Below, piece after piece: positions 18,777 to 30,986 of a DNA stretch of 64,000 nucleotides (position 1 is the stretch's first letter; the number at the start of each line of letters is the position of its first letter). The notes beneath the pieces were generated by a model, which searched no databases, was not told where the DNA came from, and was given only the letters and a program-made list of their open reading frames with translations. The DNA is from an uncultured virus (IMG/VR IMGVR_UViG_3300032007_000033) (taxonomy: Duplodnaviria > Heunggongvirae > Uroviricota > Caudoviricetes): the IMG/VR virus record IMGVR_UViG_3300032007_000033, positions 1 to 64,000 of that record, one strand, 5' to 3'. The position numbers and the translations under genes were made by a program.

Positions 18777-19916
18777 TTAGTTTTCCGTGTCTTGTGAAAC
18801 CGCGTCGTTGTCGTTCGCGGTGACCTTCAAATCCGCCAACTCCGCTTTCTTCGCCTCAAGTTCGTCGGTTTTGTCGTCGTCTTGCATTACAGTCTTTTCG
18901 TCCGCGTTCTTGTAGGCGCTCAATGTTTCCTCATACAACTTGTCCTTGAATTCCTCATGCTCCTTCAAGTAGTTGCAGAAGGCCTCCTCTCCTTGCCATC
19001 TATGGTCGTCGGAACAAGACTCCTTGTTGGGGTAGTAGAACCAAGCCCCTCCTTTATTAACCGTCCCTAGTTGAACCGACGCTCTAGCCAAGTCGGTTAT
19101 TTTGTCAATTCCTTGCCCATAACGACAAACGAGAGTGCACTTGCGGTAAGGAACTCCGACTTTGTTCTTGGTGACCTTGAATGTGATTTCGTTGCTCACC
19201 GCCAATCCGTCCTCTTCCGTAACTTTGGTTTGACGGCGCATTGTCACTTGTTGGGAGAATGTAAACTCCCCTGCTCGTCCGACGGATTTCACTTCGGACG
19301 GGCCCATTCCCATCGTGTTGATTGAGGCTCTGACTTGTTCGATTACAATCAAGGAACAATTGTTGTCCGCGCACACACCAGCCAACTGTTTGTATGCGTT
19401 TCCCAAAATGCGAGCCACCAAAGCCATGCTCACGCTAGTGATTTCCTCGTCGTTCGCCTTTGACGGAGAAAGGGCGGATGTTGAATCCAAAACCGCGATT
19501 CCATAGATTCCGCTAGCGATAGAGTCGCGCAATTTGGTCAATCCTTCCTCCGCGCTCTTCGTTTGGTCGATTACCGTTCTGTCCAAGTCCACACCTAGAG
19601 CCTTCAAATAGGACACATCTGTGCTCTGCTCAGCGTCGTATATGTATGCGTAGAAGGACTCGTCCTTTCTCTGTTGCTCCGCAATCGTCATGTAGGCGAG
19701 AGAGGATTTTGCTGACGAATACGTTCCGTTGATTGCTGCCACACGTCCAACTGCTATACCTCCGTTTAGCGCTAGGTCGATGCCCATGATTCCTGTGCTA
19801 TAGAATTTCACTTTCTCAAGGTTGTTGGCGGTTTTCACCGTTCCTTCCTCGCCGTACTGCTTGGCGAATTTTTTATTCAACTCCGCCAACTTCTTCTTTT
19901 TTTCAGACAAATCCAT
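18777..19916 (-). CDS. recA: RecA/UvsX-family recombinase
   Basis: STG...D.AL.GG...GR, DAEQ, LGVDLD, AVLDS, KNKVGVP, GGAWFY; Walker A is the variant GTYSSAKS. Confidence 0.95.
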   Translation of the reverse strand: MDLSEKKKKLAELNKKFAKQYGEEGTVKTANNLEKVKFYSTGIMGIDLALNGGIAVGRVAAINGTYSSAKSSLAYMTIAEQQRKDESFYAYIYDAEQSTDVSYLKALGVDLDRTVIDQTKSAEEGLTKLRDSIASGIYGIAVLDSTSALSPSKANDEEITSVSMALVARILGNAYKQLAGVCADNNCSLIVIEQVRASINTMGMGPSEVKSVGRAGEFTFSQQVTMRRQTKVTEEDGLAVSNEITFKVTKNKVGVPYRKCTLVCRYGQGIDKITDLARASVQLGTVNKGGAWFYYPNKESCSDDHRWQGEEAFCNYLKEHEEFKDKLYEETLSAYKNADEKTVMQDDDKTDELEAKKAELADLKVTANDNDAVSQDTEN

Positions 19917-20004
19917 GTTCTTTTCTCCTTTCTATATGATTTTTTTTCCAAAGCCCATTCTATTCCAAAACGCCCATTCCAATCAAGCGATTTTAGAAAA
20001 TTTT

Positions 20005-20668
20005 TCATTCTTCCCATTCCTTGTTGAATTTTTTCATCCGCTCATACGTCTCCAAAGCGAACTTCTTGGCGTCCTTGAACTCCTTCTCAACCCTAGGCTT
20101 TCCGTCCGCGCCCTTGACCGAGTATGTTCCGTCGGAATTCCATTTTATCATGGGAACATGCTCGTGGGAAACGCACACTGTATGCCACTTTCCGCATATC
20201 AGTTCCTTCTTCCATCTGTAAGCCTTCATTCGTCAACTCCTCCGAAAATTATTCCGTTTCCGTCCTTTTTCAAGACGAACTCAGTCCACTCACCCCACTT
20301 CATGAACTCTTCTTCGTTTTCAAGAATTCCCTTCAACAACAAAAGGATTCCTTTCTTGTTGAAAAGTTTGTTTCGCTTCAACGACTCCGAGTGCCTTTCA
20401 ATCCAATTCCTTATGTCTAGCAAGCACTTGAAGTAGCCTTGGCGGTAAATCGACTCCTCGACAAAGTTCATTTATAGCCTCCGTTCGATTCCATGTACAA
20501 CACATCCTCGCCCTCAATTCTAATGTCAATCGTCCTAGTGGGCGGAAAGCACTTGATGTAAGACAATGTAATTTTAGGATGGCTATAAGCCTTCGCCACT
20601 CCGTCTTCAATTATCGTGATTGGCTCTCCGTCCTTCCATTCGTCGAAATTTATGACCATTCTTCGCAC
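20005..20668 (-). other. Three small hypothetical ORFs (20005..20229, 20226..20471, 20468..20668)
   Basis: Translationally coupled ORFs. Confidence 0.6.
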
Positions 20669-21994
20669 CTAGTTGTTCGGTTCTTGTCCTTCTTCCTTCA
20701 ACTCAAGGAACACAGGAAATCTCAAAGATTTAACATGAGTTGTAGTATTTTCAGTTTGCTCGAAATACTGTACGGAAATTACTCTACCAATCAATTCATC
20801 TTTCATGTTGTAGAATCTAATTCTTTCCTCTTCACTATATCCGCTTCCCACTTTAGCCTCAATGTGTCCAAGAGTGGGATGGTCTATGTCGCAAATCAAC
20901 GCTCCTAGCCTTCCTTTGTTGGCGTTCGTTCCTTCCTCCACCCCTCGGACAATCAAGTCCATTTCGTCAAAAGCCTTGACCTTTAGCCAATCGTTCGTCC
21001 TTTTCCAAGAATATGTGCTATCCGTAAATTTAATGACCAAACCTTCCCAATCATCCTCGCGGACTATTCCTTTCATCAGTTCCTCGATTTTGGAAACATC
21101 GCTTCCGACATAAATGTCCTCTACGAAATTGAGATGATTGTGCTTGGTCTGTCCGAGAGTTTTTCTCAATATGCCGTGGCGCTCCTTGTATGTTTGAGGG
21201 CACTTCTTCTTGTTCCAACAATCAACATTCATCATGTCGAACACATTGTATGTGACCCCTCGTTTCTCTTCGTCTTTGGTGGAAATGACTTTTGTCGTCA
21301 TTTTGTACACATCTTTTGACGGATATTTCATAAAGTCGTCAATTGTGAGTTCTCCGTCCAACACGAAGTTGTCGAAAGGCAGATTCTTGATTTCTTCCTC
21401 CACTTCAACCAAGCCCACCCAAGGCTTTCCTTGCCGACTAATGAGGCGGACATTGCCTTTTTCCTTCACCGCTATGCAACGGCAACCGTCTATCTTCACT
21501 GAAATTGCGAATTCCCTAGTTCCGTCGACGAGTTGCGGTTTGTCATAGTATTTGTTGCACAAGCAACAATCCCAAGTTGGCACGAAGTTGGGGATGGCTT
21601 TGTTCAAAGTTTTGGCATCCACTCCAAGAGGAAGGTCGCGCGTGACAACTCTGTTGAAGAACTCGATGTCATCCTCGCTTTTGCATAGCAAGTTTCTGCA
21701 ATATTGAACCACCGCTATGTCCTTGTCGGTTCCTGTCTTGTGGGATTCCAAGTAATCGAACATGCCGAACAAGTCGGTTATGTTGCTTGTCGCTTGTTCC
21801 CAACCTTCCGCGACATCCACATTCTTGTTGATTTTTTTGGACGAAAGCCCCGTAATGACGGAAGAGTCCAAGAGCCATTTCAAGAATTTCTTGAAGTCCT
21901 CATCATCAATCGTCTTCAAGAACTCCTTCTTTTCGTTTGTCGACGATATTTTCTTCAACTCGTCGCATGTTTTCTTTATTTTTGAAAATGTCAT
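20669..21994 (-). CDS. ATP-dependent DNA ligase
   Basis: KIDGCR (motif I), LDGEL, EGLVIK, WLKVK, VGSGYS, SLRFPVF. Confidence 0.95.
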   Translation of the reverse strand: MTFSKIKKTCDELKKISSTNEKKEFLKTIDDEDFKKFLKWLLDSSVITGLSSKKINKNVDVAEGWEQATSNITDLFGMFDYLESHKTGTDKDIAVVQYCRNLLCKSEDDIEFFNRVVTRDLPLGVDAKTLNKAIPNFVPTWDCCLCNKYYDKPQLVDGTREFAISVKIDGCRCIAVKEKGNVRLISRQGKPWVGLVEVEEEIKNLPFDNFVLDGELTIDDFMKYPSKDVYKMTTKVISTKDEEKRGVTYNVFDMMNVDCWNKKKCPQTYKERHGILRKTLGQTKHNHLNFVEDIYVGSDVSKIEELMKGIVREDDWEGLVIKFTDSTYSWKRTNDWLKVKAFDEMDLIVRGVEEGTNANKGRLGALICDIDHPTLGHIEAKVGSGYSEEERIRFYNMKDELIGRVISVQYFEQTENTTTHVKSLRFPVFLELKEEGQEPNN

Positions 21995-22025
21995 ATCGTT
22001 CCTCGCATATTGTTTTTTTATTAGG

Positions 22026-25000
22026 CTATTCTTCGTCGCCTTCCACGAAAATCGTGAATTCCTTTTCCTCCGACTTTCCGCTCTCGTTCCATTCCCTAGC
22101 GGTCAAGAACGCCTTCTCCCTATTGTTCTTGTACACGCTCATTCCGAGCACCGCCTCGTCGTCCAATTCTTCAAGCCATTTCTTCAAGTCTTTAACTGTG
22201 GTTCTCATTCCATTCCTCCAAAGTCCACGGACTCCACGCCAACCAAGCATTCCGCCCAATCGTAGTTTTCTTGGGAGAATGTCCTTTTGACAACCTTGTA
22301 AATTTTTCCGTTGACTTTCAAATAGTCGCCCCTTCTAGCCTCGCTCAACGCATAGTCGCCTATCTGCAACTTGTCACCGTTCTCGTCTCGGCATTTCCAT
22401 TTGACCATAAATATCTCCTTATTCCAACATTTCTTCCAATCCAACCATAGGCCAAGCCTTCTCCCCTTCATCCAAGCGAAGGTTCATCTCGAATTTCCCT
22501 ATGCATATTAGGCCGAACTTCCGCTTTTCCGCCCAATCTTGCATTGAATTCCAAAAAGCGTCGTCCTTTATGAATTCGCAAGGGTTTTTGGCGAACAAGA
22601 AAATCCGTCCGCTTGGATTTTCCATAATCCACGAAAAGTTTGTCGCCTTCAACAGAGAGCAAGCCTTTTCCTTGCCCTTCAAATTGGCGACTTTCTCGAC
22701 GAATTCCTTCTTGAAGCCATTGACCCAAGAAGGAATTTCGTCGCCAACATTTTTCTCTTGGAATTCATTGTTGGAGCAAGTTTCGCACATCGAATTTCCC
22801 TCGCAATCATAGTCGTCGCCATACCCTCGGCACTCGTAGCACCGCTCCGCCCTATCACGCTCATCTTCGATTTTCTTGATTTCGCTCTCATCTATTTCTT
22901 CAACGAACGAGTCGTTTTCTTTCTTCCAACGAACCGACTTCAACTCTTCGGACACCGTGAAAGTTTCGTCCAACTTCGAATTCTCGCATAGGGAACATAA
23001 CCGTTCCTTCGAAAAGTCGCCCTTAAATTCATTGTCGTCGACCTCAACTTGAAAGCGGATTAATTTCTCGAATTCGACAATCATTCTCCAACCTCCAAAG
23101 CCTTGAGCCAAGCGTCCGTTTTCTTCACCGCTCGCCATATCTCGGTCAAATCCAACTCGTCCACATTATCGAAAAGCCTAGAGCCTACGGAATGGAATTC
23201 ATAGCCTTCGCTCGTCCATTCCCAAGTGGCGATTGAAAAACAGTTGCCTTCGAATCCGTTCTCGAAACAGTTCAATTCAAACGAGGGGTTGTTGGGCTTT
23301 CTTCCCAAATATGAGCACTCGCATATGGAGTAGCATTTTTTGGTTTCATACGACTGCCATTCCCAACGGAGCGAGGGTTTTGTTCTGAACGCGCTTTCGC
23401 CGACATAAGGATGGCTTTCGTAATATTCCTCAGTCATGTCGTAGCATATTGACCCTTCTCCGTCCAACTCTTTTTCGATGAACTTAGACAAGTCTTTAAT
23501 ATTTTTTATGGGAGTCAATTCTCCCCTCCAAAATCCGTCTTTCTGCCAATTCCAATCCTTCGGCTCTTGCGTCGAGTCCTCGAACCAAACATTGTATTTA
23601 TTGGACTCAACTATTCTTTTCAATCTATTCAAGTCCACGCTTCCATGAGGATACATCATTTTCCAACTCCTTGCCATTTGGCTTCCATTTTACGATATTG
23701 ATTTATGGCGAAACACATGTCCATTATGATTGGACTGTATTTTCCTTTCTCCCTCTTGATTTTTCCATTTTCGTCCGTGAATGTGGAGTATCCGTTCTTC
23801 CTCGCGTATTCGACGAATTCCTCCCTAAACCTATTGTGCATTGGGTCGTGAATTCCCCAAAAGTAGTTGGGGATGAGCCAAGTTTCGACGAATCTTGACG
23901 CTTCTCTATAGTCGGAAGACAAGTGCCATTTGGTTATATCGTTGTCTTTCTTTATTCTGTCCACGATTTCGAGCCAAACCAAGTCATAGTCTTCGCCCCA
24001 AAAGAATTTGCTCTTCTTCAAATACTCGATGTTGAATTCCTTCTTCTCCTTCTTCGCCTTTCGGAAGGCCTTTATCGCTTGAATCACTTTCCAAGACAAG
24101 CGCTCCGCCTCCTCCGAGTCGATGAAAGACCTCTTGGACAAGTGGATTACATTCCCCTCATCCTTGCTATAGCAACTCATCGCCTCCAAGTAAGTGTAGT
24201 AGGGAATCAAGTCGGTTTCGTCCTTGATGTCGATTTTGGCCCCGCAAAGATAGACGGCGGATTTCTCAACCATGCTCTTGGGGTCGTGTATCATTTCGCA
24301 AGAATCCGCGAAATCGCATTTGCCAGTCCAACGACTCACATAACCTCCTTTGTCGTTTCAAATGACGACAGTAATGGAATTTATTTTTTTTTATTTAATC
24401 AGAGTTATAATCAAGACCACAACTAAGACGGCCAACACAATCGGAAGCCCGACCCATAGCGGAAGGAACACCATGAACCAACCGTCCCACCAAGCGTCCG
24501 TGCTTTGCAAGAACCTTGGAAAGTATCCGTCCCAAAACGAGCACTTTTCCGTCAACTTCATCGCCAAGAAAAGGACGAACAAAAGGCTTCCTATCGTAAA
24601 GCCTTGACTAGTGGCATTCCTCTTCTCGCGCTCCCATTCGTATTCAGTTTCGCTCATCATCGCTCTCCATTCCCTTGAACCATTCGTCCGCCAACTTTAG
24701 GCAAGTGGAGAACCTTTCAAATTCCCCAAACTTGGTTCCGTTCTTGTCCAACTCGAAGGAAAATGTTGGCAACACAAGATAAATCTCCGCGTAGTTGTCG
24801 CCCAAAGACTTGACCGCCAATGTTTTCTTGTCGTCCTTGTCTCCCTTTATTCCATTGTAGTCGAACAAATTCCATCCGTCTATCACAATTCCCCTCGTCA
24901 TTTCGCTTCCTCTTTTTCGATTTTAATTTTCTTTAGTTTGAGCCAACCGTCGGACTCTTCGTACTCTTTCGTCATTTTGCCGTTTTTGTTCCAACTAGTC

Positions 25001-27217
25001 AAGAGAAATTTGGATTTTTTCAACCTAGATTTCTCGATTTCCTTTTTGGAAAGACCTTCCTTTCTCGCGCATTCCTTGCACAAGGGAAGAACCCAACCTC
25101 CCATTTCCCAAATCAAAAGTTTCCCCTTGGAATCTCTCGAAACCTTTCCACATTTGTAGCAAGTCCATTGGGAGAGCATGCAGAGTATGTCCTCCGCTTC
25201 GTTAGTACGCTCATCTCCGCCATAAATGTCCACTCTCAATGAACCCCATTTTTCCTTGCAATCCATTATGCGGAAAAGGACTTTCCTTTCTTCGCTCCAA
25301 GAGTCGTAGATTTTTAAAATTTCGTCCAAGAACCTTTTCCACAGTCTTTCCCAACCAAGGCCGTCCCAATAAGTCCGCCAATTACTTTCCATAGCGGACT
25401 CTAGGCTCTCGTCGTCCTTGATTTTGAGAAAAGGGTATTTTTCCAAAAGTTCCTTAATTTTCATTCTCCCTAGCCTCGGCTTCGGCGAACAGTCTTTCCA
25501 ACTCTTCCGCTTCGTAGCCGTAGTCGGTCGCCCCTTCGGTCGAAAGCCATTCCCATTCCTCGTAGGTCGGCTCCTTTCCATTAAGCCAACAAAGGCTCTC
25601 GTACTCAGACCAATCCATTCCGAACGAAACCGCTCCAATGGCCAACAAAGCCAAACCAACAAAAATCTTTTTCATTTTTTCTCCTTGACATCCTTCTTAT
25701 ATTGTCGGAATTTTGTCAAGTAACTTTATCATTTTTTATCCTTTTATTGATTTTAATGTCAAAATCTTGGCTTCCGTGATTGTCTTGTATTTGTCCAACA
25801 AGTCCTTGCGTCCGCTAGCCTCAATCGCCTTTTGAGTGACCGTGAATCCCTTTCGGCACTCCTCGTCCGTCAGTTCGTCCATGATTTTGGGGTCTATTGT
25901 CGACGACTTCTTGAACGACATCTCCAAGACCTTTCCGCATTCATCGTTAGTCCAAGATGTCTTCTCGTCGACCTTGAGTTTCAACACTTCATCCAAGCCT
26001 TTAATGTATTCTTCAATCCTTTCCTTCAAGATTGAAGCCCTTATTCTCTTGTCGGCCAAGACGGAAGGCTCCTCCTCCTTGTCCAAGATTTCAGTGTTCC
26101 ACGCTTCCCTCAAGTTTTCCCAAAGTTCACTCGTTTCCATATGTTTCTCCTTATTGGGGAAGAAGGCTCTCGACCAACTTCCGCTCTCTCTTCAATTCCG
26201 ACAAATTCAACTCGCAGTGTCCGATAACCTCTCCGCAGTAGTCCAAAATTTTTCCGAAGTGGGCTTTCAACCGCTCGAACTGCTCCTTCTTGATTGACCT
26301 CTCCTTGAAGTAACAGTCGTAAAGTTCCGTCATGTAGGGCGTGATTTCATTCTTCATGTCCTCGGCCTTTTCCTTCTCCTCAAGCCATTCTTCTTTCTCG
26401 GCTTCCAATCCGAGTAGATGGTCTTGGATTTCATCCTTCATGTACATTAATCTGTCTTCCATGAAAGATGAGAAAATTCCGTATGTTGAATTGAATATTC
26501 GCTTGGCTTCAATTCTCAATTCATTGTCCGTGGCGTCGTCGATGGGAAGACACTTCTCGGCGATTTCCTTGCCTACTTCATGATACCACAATTCGAACAT
26601 TCTCTTTTTCATTCAAAATCTCCTTAAAGTCCGTATTCGCCGTAGATGATTGAAATGACTTCCTTCATCTTATCCATTATGTATTGCACTTGCTCGAAGT
26701 CGAATTCCTCAAAATTCTCGCAGACGATTTTTCCCTTGCACCACGGACGCAAGAACATTTGGTAAAAGTCGGCGAACTTGTCTATCAAGTCATACATCTT
26801 GATGTAGCCGACGCCATCGAATCCGTCCAACAAGTTTCTGAAGGCCACGCAGATGTGGAGGTCATCGTTGTCTAACTTTTCAGAATACAACAAGTCGATT
26901 GCCTTCTCCATCTTCTCCAAATCCTTCAACTTGATTGACGCGCTATATGTGAAATTGTTCTTCATTGTCCGCTTCTCCTATTAGAACACTCGCAAATGTA
27001 TGTTTCTTTCGAACACTTGGCACATTCCCAAGACCAACTTTTGACACTCCAACTCGTTTTCCAAGTCCTTGGGCGAAAGTCTGTCCGAATAGTGCCATTC
27101 TCCGTAAAGGAAGACGATTTCGTAAAATCCGCTTCCGTTCTTCACCGAGATTTTGTAAGGTTTGGTTTCCGCCAACTTTCTCACCCAATTCGTCAATTTG
27201 TCGATTGTCATTTTCAT
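22026..27217 (-). other. Run of about 14 hypothetical ORFs
   Basis: Includes 22419..23138, 23081..23677, 23656..24339, membrane protein 24391..24660, KEKWGSLR/CxxC protein 24898..25464, signal-peptide protein 25454..25675, 25736..26140, 26151..26612 and 26624..26965. Confidence 0.65.
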
Positions 27218-27900
27218 GCCTTTCTTCTCCTTTTCTTGCTCGTCGTTCCGTTCAAACTCTTGTCGATTTCCTTTTGAGCCATCGACGAGTACTTGCTCGT
27301 GATTTTCTGAATCGACTCCATTTTCTCAATTTCGTCCTTTTGGTAGTTATTCAACCGCTCCATGGTCTCCTCATTGTCGAAGTAGAAGTCCTTGCCTCCC
27401 AAGCACTCCTCAATTTCCTTGTCGGTCATGAAGTTCTTGTAGAGTTCCTTGAAATGGCGAACCGCCACCTTCTTGTCGAAGTCGTACTTGGCGACCAACT
27501 CATTCCACTTGCCGTATCCGCAGTCAGTCCAACAATGAACCATGCAATAGGCGTGCTTTGAAATTTCCCAAGCGTTGGCTCCCAACATAATCATCGTCGC
27601 TGCGGAACAACAAGCCCCTTCAATTGAAACCACTACATCCGCGTTCGACGACCTCAACTCGTCGTATATGTTCCAAGCGGTGTCAGCCAACCCTCCGTAG
27701 CAGTTGATGTGGATTGTGACCAAGTCTCCGCTTCGGCAGTTTCCGACCGCTCTCAAGAAATCGATGTAGTTCTCGATTTCGGCGATTTCTCCGCTCAAGT
27801 AAAAGTCGATTTCCTTGCGCTCGCCAGTGTCCTTGATTTGAAGGGGGTTGTTCTGAAATTCCTCCGCTCCGTCAATTACTGTTGAAATTCTTTTCTTCAC
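27214..27900 (-). CDS. ClpP-like serine protease subunit
   Basis: IHINCYGG, GACCSAATMI (Ser), MVH (His), KDFYF (Asp). Confidence 0.85.
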   Translation of the reverse strand: MKKRISTVIDGAEEFQNNPLQIKDTGERKEIDFYLSGEIAEIENYIDFLRAVGNCRSGDLVTIHINCYGGLADTAWNIYDELRSSNADVVVSIEGACCSAATMIMLGANAWEISKHAYCMVHCWTDCGYGKWNELVAKYDFDKKVAVRHFKELYKNFMTDKEIEECLGGKDFYFDNEETMERLNNYQKDEIEKMESIQKITSKYSSMAQKEIDKSLNGTTSKKRRRKA

Positions 27901-28613
27901 TTTAAGTCGTCCTCCTCTCTCGATTTTTTATAATCCTCTATTATTTTATCCTTCAATCCTTCCAAACCCTTGGGCATTCGTCCGCAACACTTGATTTCCT
28001 TGCAGTAACCGATGTCCTCGCACTTGGGGACGAAGTAGTTGTCGCAAATCCACTTCCATTCCTCGGAGTAGGCGGAAAGTTTATCCTTGATTTCCTTGGA
28101 CAATTCCCTAATCTCATTGTAAGCCCTAGAGCAAAGCCTTTCGTTCATGAAGTGAATCAATGCTCGCAAGTTTATCTTCCACACGATTTTCGTGTCCATT
28201 CCCAACGGAAGGATGTTGGCTATGTCCTCTTTCGGCATTCCCAATTCCGCCAATTTTCCGTATGAGTCGGAAATCTCGTCCATCACCGTCTCGTAAATTT
28301 CTAGTTGCTTGGAGGATACTCCTTTGGGAGTATAGTAGTTGAAGTTCTCATAGTCAACATACCTCGTGGACGATTGTAAATAAGTGGTTCCCACTATATG
28401 ACGACCCAATTCTCTGATACATCTTGCGGATTTACAATCTATAATAAATACCACATCCACATATTCCATTATTCGCCCGTGTCCGCTATTGATGCATGAC
28501 TTGGCTCGTTTTATATTTTTATCAACATCGTCAATATTAGAATTCCAACAAACCCCAGCGATTTTTCCAATATAATTCAATGGATTTTTTTGGCAAGACT
28601 CAATCAATATCAT
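27897..28613 (-). CDS. thyX: FAD-dependent thymidylate synthase
   Basis: SGHGRIMEY, RH...QSSTRYV, KEDIANILP, NLRALIHF..ERLCSRA..EIR. Confidence 0.93.
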   Translation of the reverse strand: MILIESCQKNPLNYIGKIAGVCWNSNIDDVDKNIKRAKSCINSGHGRIMEYVDVVFIIDCKSARCIRELGRHIVGTTYLQSSTRYVDYENFNYYTPKGVSSKQLEIYETVMDEISDSYGKLAELGMPKEDIANILPLGMDTKIVWKINLRALIHFMNERLCSRAYNEIRELSKEIKDKLSAYSEEWKWICDNYFVPKCEDIGYCKEIKCCGRMPKGLEGLKDKIIEDYKKSREEDDLK

Positions 28614-29833
28614 TTATCTCTCCTTTCAGATACATAATCATTCAAATCATAAGCGTTTTGTTCAAAATGTTCAAACGCATCAAATAAATCATCTTTCTTT
28701 AAAATTTTGACATTATTGACAATCATACAGTTTTGTTTTTCAATCAACAATTCATTTTTATTATAAGGATTGATTAATTCACCTTTTTCGTTAAAAAAAT
28801 GGTCGCCTTTTATTTCAACCAATTCTCCATTTATCAAAAAATCAGGTTCGTATGAGTGTACTTTTCCATCTATTTCATAAGTTATGTTGGTTTTGGGATG
28901 AAAAATAAAATCAATTTTATTATCTTTCAGATACATATAATAAATTAATTCCCACGAACTATCAAATTTATTATTATCATATTCGAATTTATATTGATTC
29001 CATTGCTTTCCGTATTTTTCGATACATGTTTTTCTTATTTTATCTCTAACCCATTCTAATTTATTAATATTATCTACTCCATATTTCGCTAATGAAGATT
29101 CCGCTTTATGTTGTTTTACAACATCGCTTGAATTTGGACTTTCGACTCCGTATTTCAATAGGCTAGTTTGTTTGGTTTTTTCTTTATAATCTTTCGTTCC
29201 TAAATATTCTTCACTTCCATATTTAATTAGATTTGTTTGTTTTTTCTTTTTTTTAAATTCCTCAACTTGGCTCACATTTTCAATATTGTTGCCATAGCGA
29301 CTTTTTAATGTATTTTTAGTGTGCTCTTTCATAATTTCAGATTGAGTTGTATATTCAACTCCGTATTTTTTAAGATTTGTTTCTTTGGTTTTTTTCATTT
29401 TTAATTCATTGAAATTTTCCAAAGAACCATATTTTTCAATAATGGTTTTATTTCTTTTTTCGGCGGAAATTTTATTAAAATTTTCCAAAGAGCCAAAACG
29501 CTCGATTATTTTATTTTTGCGATTTTTTATATTTTTTTCAGTATTCATTGTACACGAAACCCCATATTTTGTTAAATTTGTTTCTTTTGCTTTATCGGCA
29601 TTTACATAATTTTCATTTCCATATTTTAATAATTTAGTATGTTTTACTGAACAAACCATACATCGAGAAATATTATTTCTATTTTTTATATTTTTTGCAA
29701 ATTTTGAAAATGGTTTTCCACAAACGCAACAAAGACCTTCAAACATTATGTTTGATGATTTTTTAAACAAAATATCATCGTTTACAATATCATTTATATT
29801 CGATGAAGTTATTGTGATAATATTATATTCCAT
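28610..29833 (-). CDS. Free-standing putative homing endonuclease (K.TNL.KYG repeats plus PD-(D/E)XK domain)
   Basis: Repeated TNLxKYG units; FDSSWE...YEPDF...VEIKG; very AT-rich. Confidence 0.8.
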   Translation of the reverse strand: MEYNIITITSSNINDIVNDDILFKKSSNIMFEGLCCVCGKPFSKFAKNIKNRNNISRCMVCSVKHTKLLKYGNENYVNADKAKETNLTKYGVSCTMNTEKNIKNRKNKIIERFGSLENFNKISAEKRNKTIIEKYGSLENFNELKMKKTKETNLKKYGVEYTTQSEIMKEHTKNTLKSRYGNNIENVSQVEEFKKKKKQTNLIKYGSEEYLGTKDYKEKTKQTSLLKYGVESPNSSDVVKQHKAESSLAKYGVDNINKLEWVRDKIRKTCIEKYGKQWNQYKFEYDNNKFDSSWELIYYMYLKDNKIDFIFHPKTNITYEIDGKVHSYEPDFLINGELVEIKGDHFFNEKGELINPYNKNELLIEKQNCMIVNNVKILKKDDLFDAFEHFEQNAYDLNDYVSERRDK

Positions 29834-29845
29834 TCAATCCTCCAA

Positions 29846-30986
29846 TCAAAAGTCGTCGTCGAACATCGAAGGCTCGACATAATCGACCCCGATTTTCCAA
29901 CCGTGAAGTTTGGCCATGTTGAGCAAGGTTTCCTTCTTGTAACCTGTCGCCTTGGACAAGGACGGAATTTTGTTGCTTTCATACAACCTTCGCTCGTCCA
30001 AAATTTCTTGCGGTATGTCGCTAGCCCTAACAGTCACCTCGCATATGTCGAACAAGGTTTCCCTATACTTTTTCAACTCATTGAACTCAATCTTGAAGTC
30101 CAACTCGTTGAGCACTTCGTCTCTCTTGGCTCTCTTCTTGCGATAAACCTTCCATTCCTCGAAGTCCTCCGTCAAGAACTCCACATCCGCGTCCTCTATG
30201 GCGGATAAAAGAATTGCAGAAGCCAACTGCTTTATGTTTTGCAAACTCGCCGACTCTAAGGCGATGTCCATGTATGGCGTTATTTGTTTCGTTCGCTCGC
30301 TCTTTTTCATTCGCCAATCTCCGCGTGGTACTTCACGCTCTCGTCCGTCAATTCGACCAACTTTTTGAAATCCTTTTCGTCCAACTCGTTCTTGGCCTCG
30401 ATGTAGAACCGCCAAAGCCAATGCTCCTTTTCCCTTTGGTTGCTCTCCTTTTCGTTTCTGTCGTACATGTTGACTTTCGCCAAAGAGCGTTTTAGACAAG
30501 CCATGGCGGTCTTGTACTTGGCCATTTGCTTGAAGAAGTTCTTGGAGTTCAACTCCTCTTCGTTCTCCGCTTGGTAGCGCATTCTCTTGGCGGACACCTC
30601 TTCGATGTTGCATTGCAAGTCTTGCTTCAACTGTTTCAGTTGCTCGCGCGTCATTTCAGACAAGTCCTCGTCGGAATAGACGATTTCCTCCCTCCCAATC
30701 CTAACTTTAACCATTTTGTCGTTTCCTCCAAATTTTTTATATTTCATCCGAGCCTCTTGTCGGTTCAAGCGTTCGGATTGTTTCTCATGCAATCGCTGAT
30801 TCTTTTGACTTCCACAATCTTGTTGTTGGGAAACTTCTTCCTAGCCTCTAGTTCCGCGCAATATCCGTCGGCAGTCACACAGACATATTCGGAAGGCTTT
30901 CCGCTTTCGTCAACCATTTCGACTTTATACTTATACATTGGGGTATTTCCTCCAATAATCGGAAGGCACATTGTTAGCCCAAACAT
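29846..30986 (-). other. Hypothetical ORFs 29846..30310, 30307..30792 and 30765..30986
   Basis: Coupled ORFs downstream of the topo IB C-fragment. Confidence 0.6.

Noticed and set aside
25691..25719. Sigma70 promoter at TTGACA 25714-25719
   Set aside because: No -10 element at 17-nt spacing; possibly degenerate.
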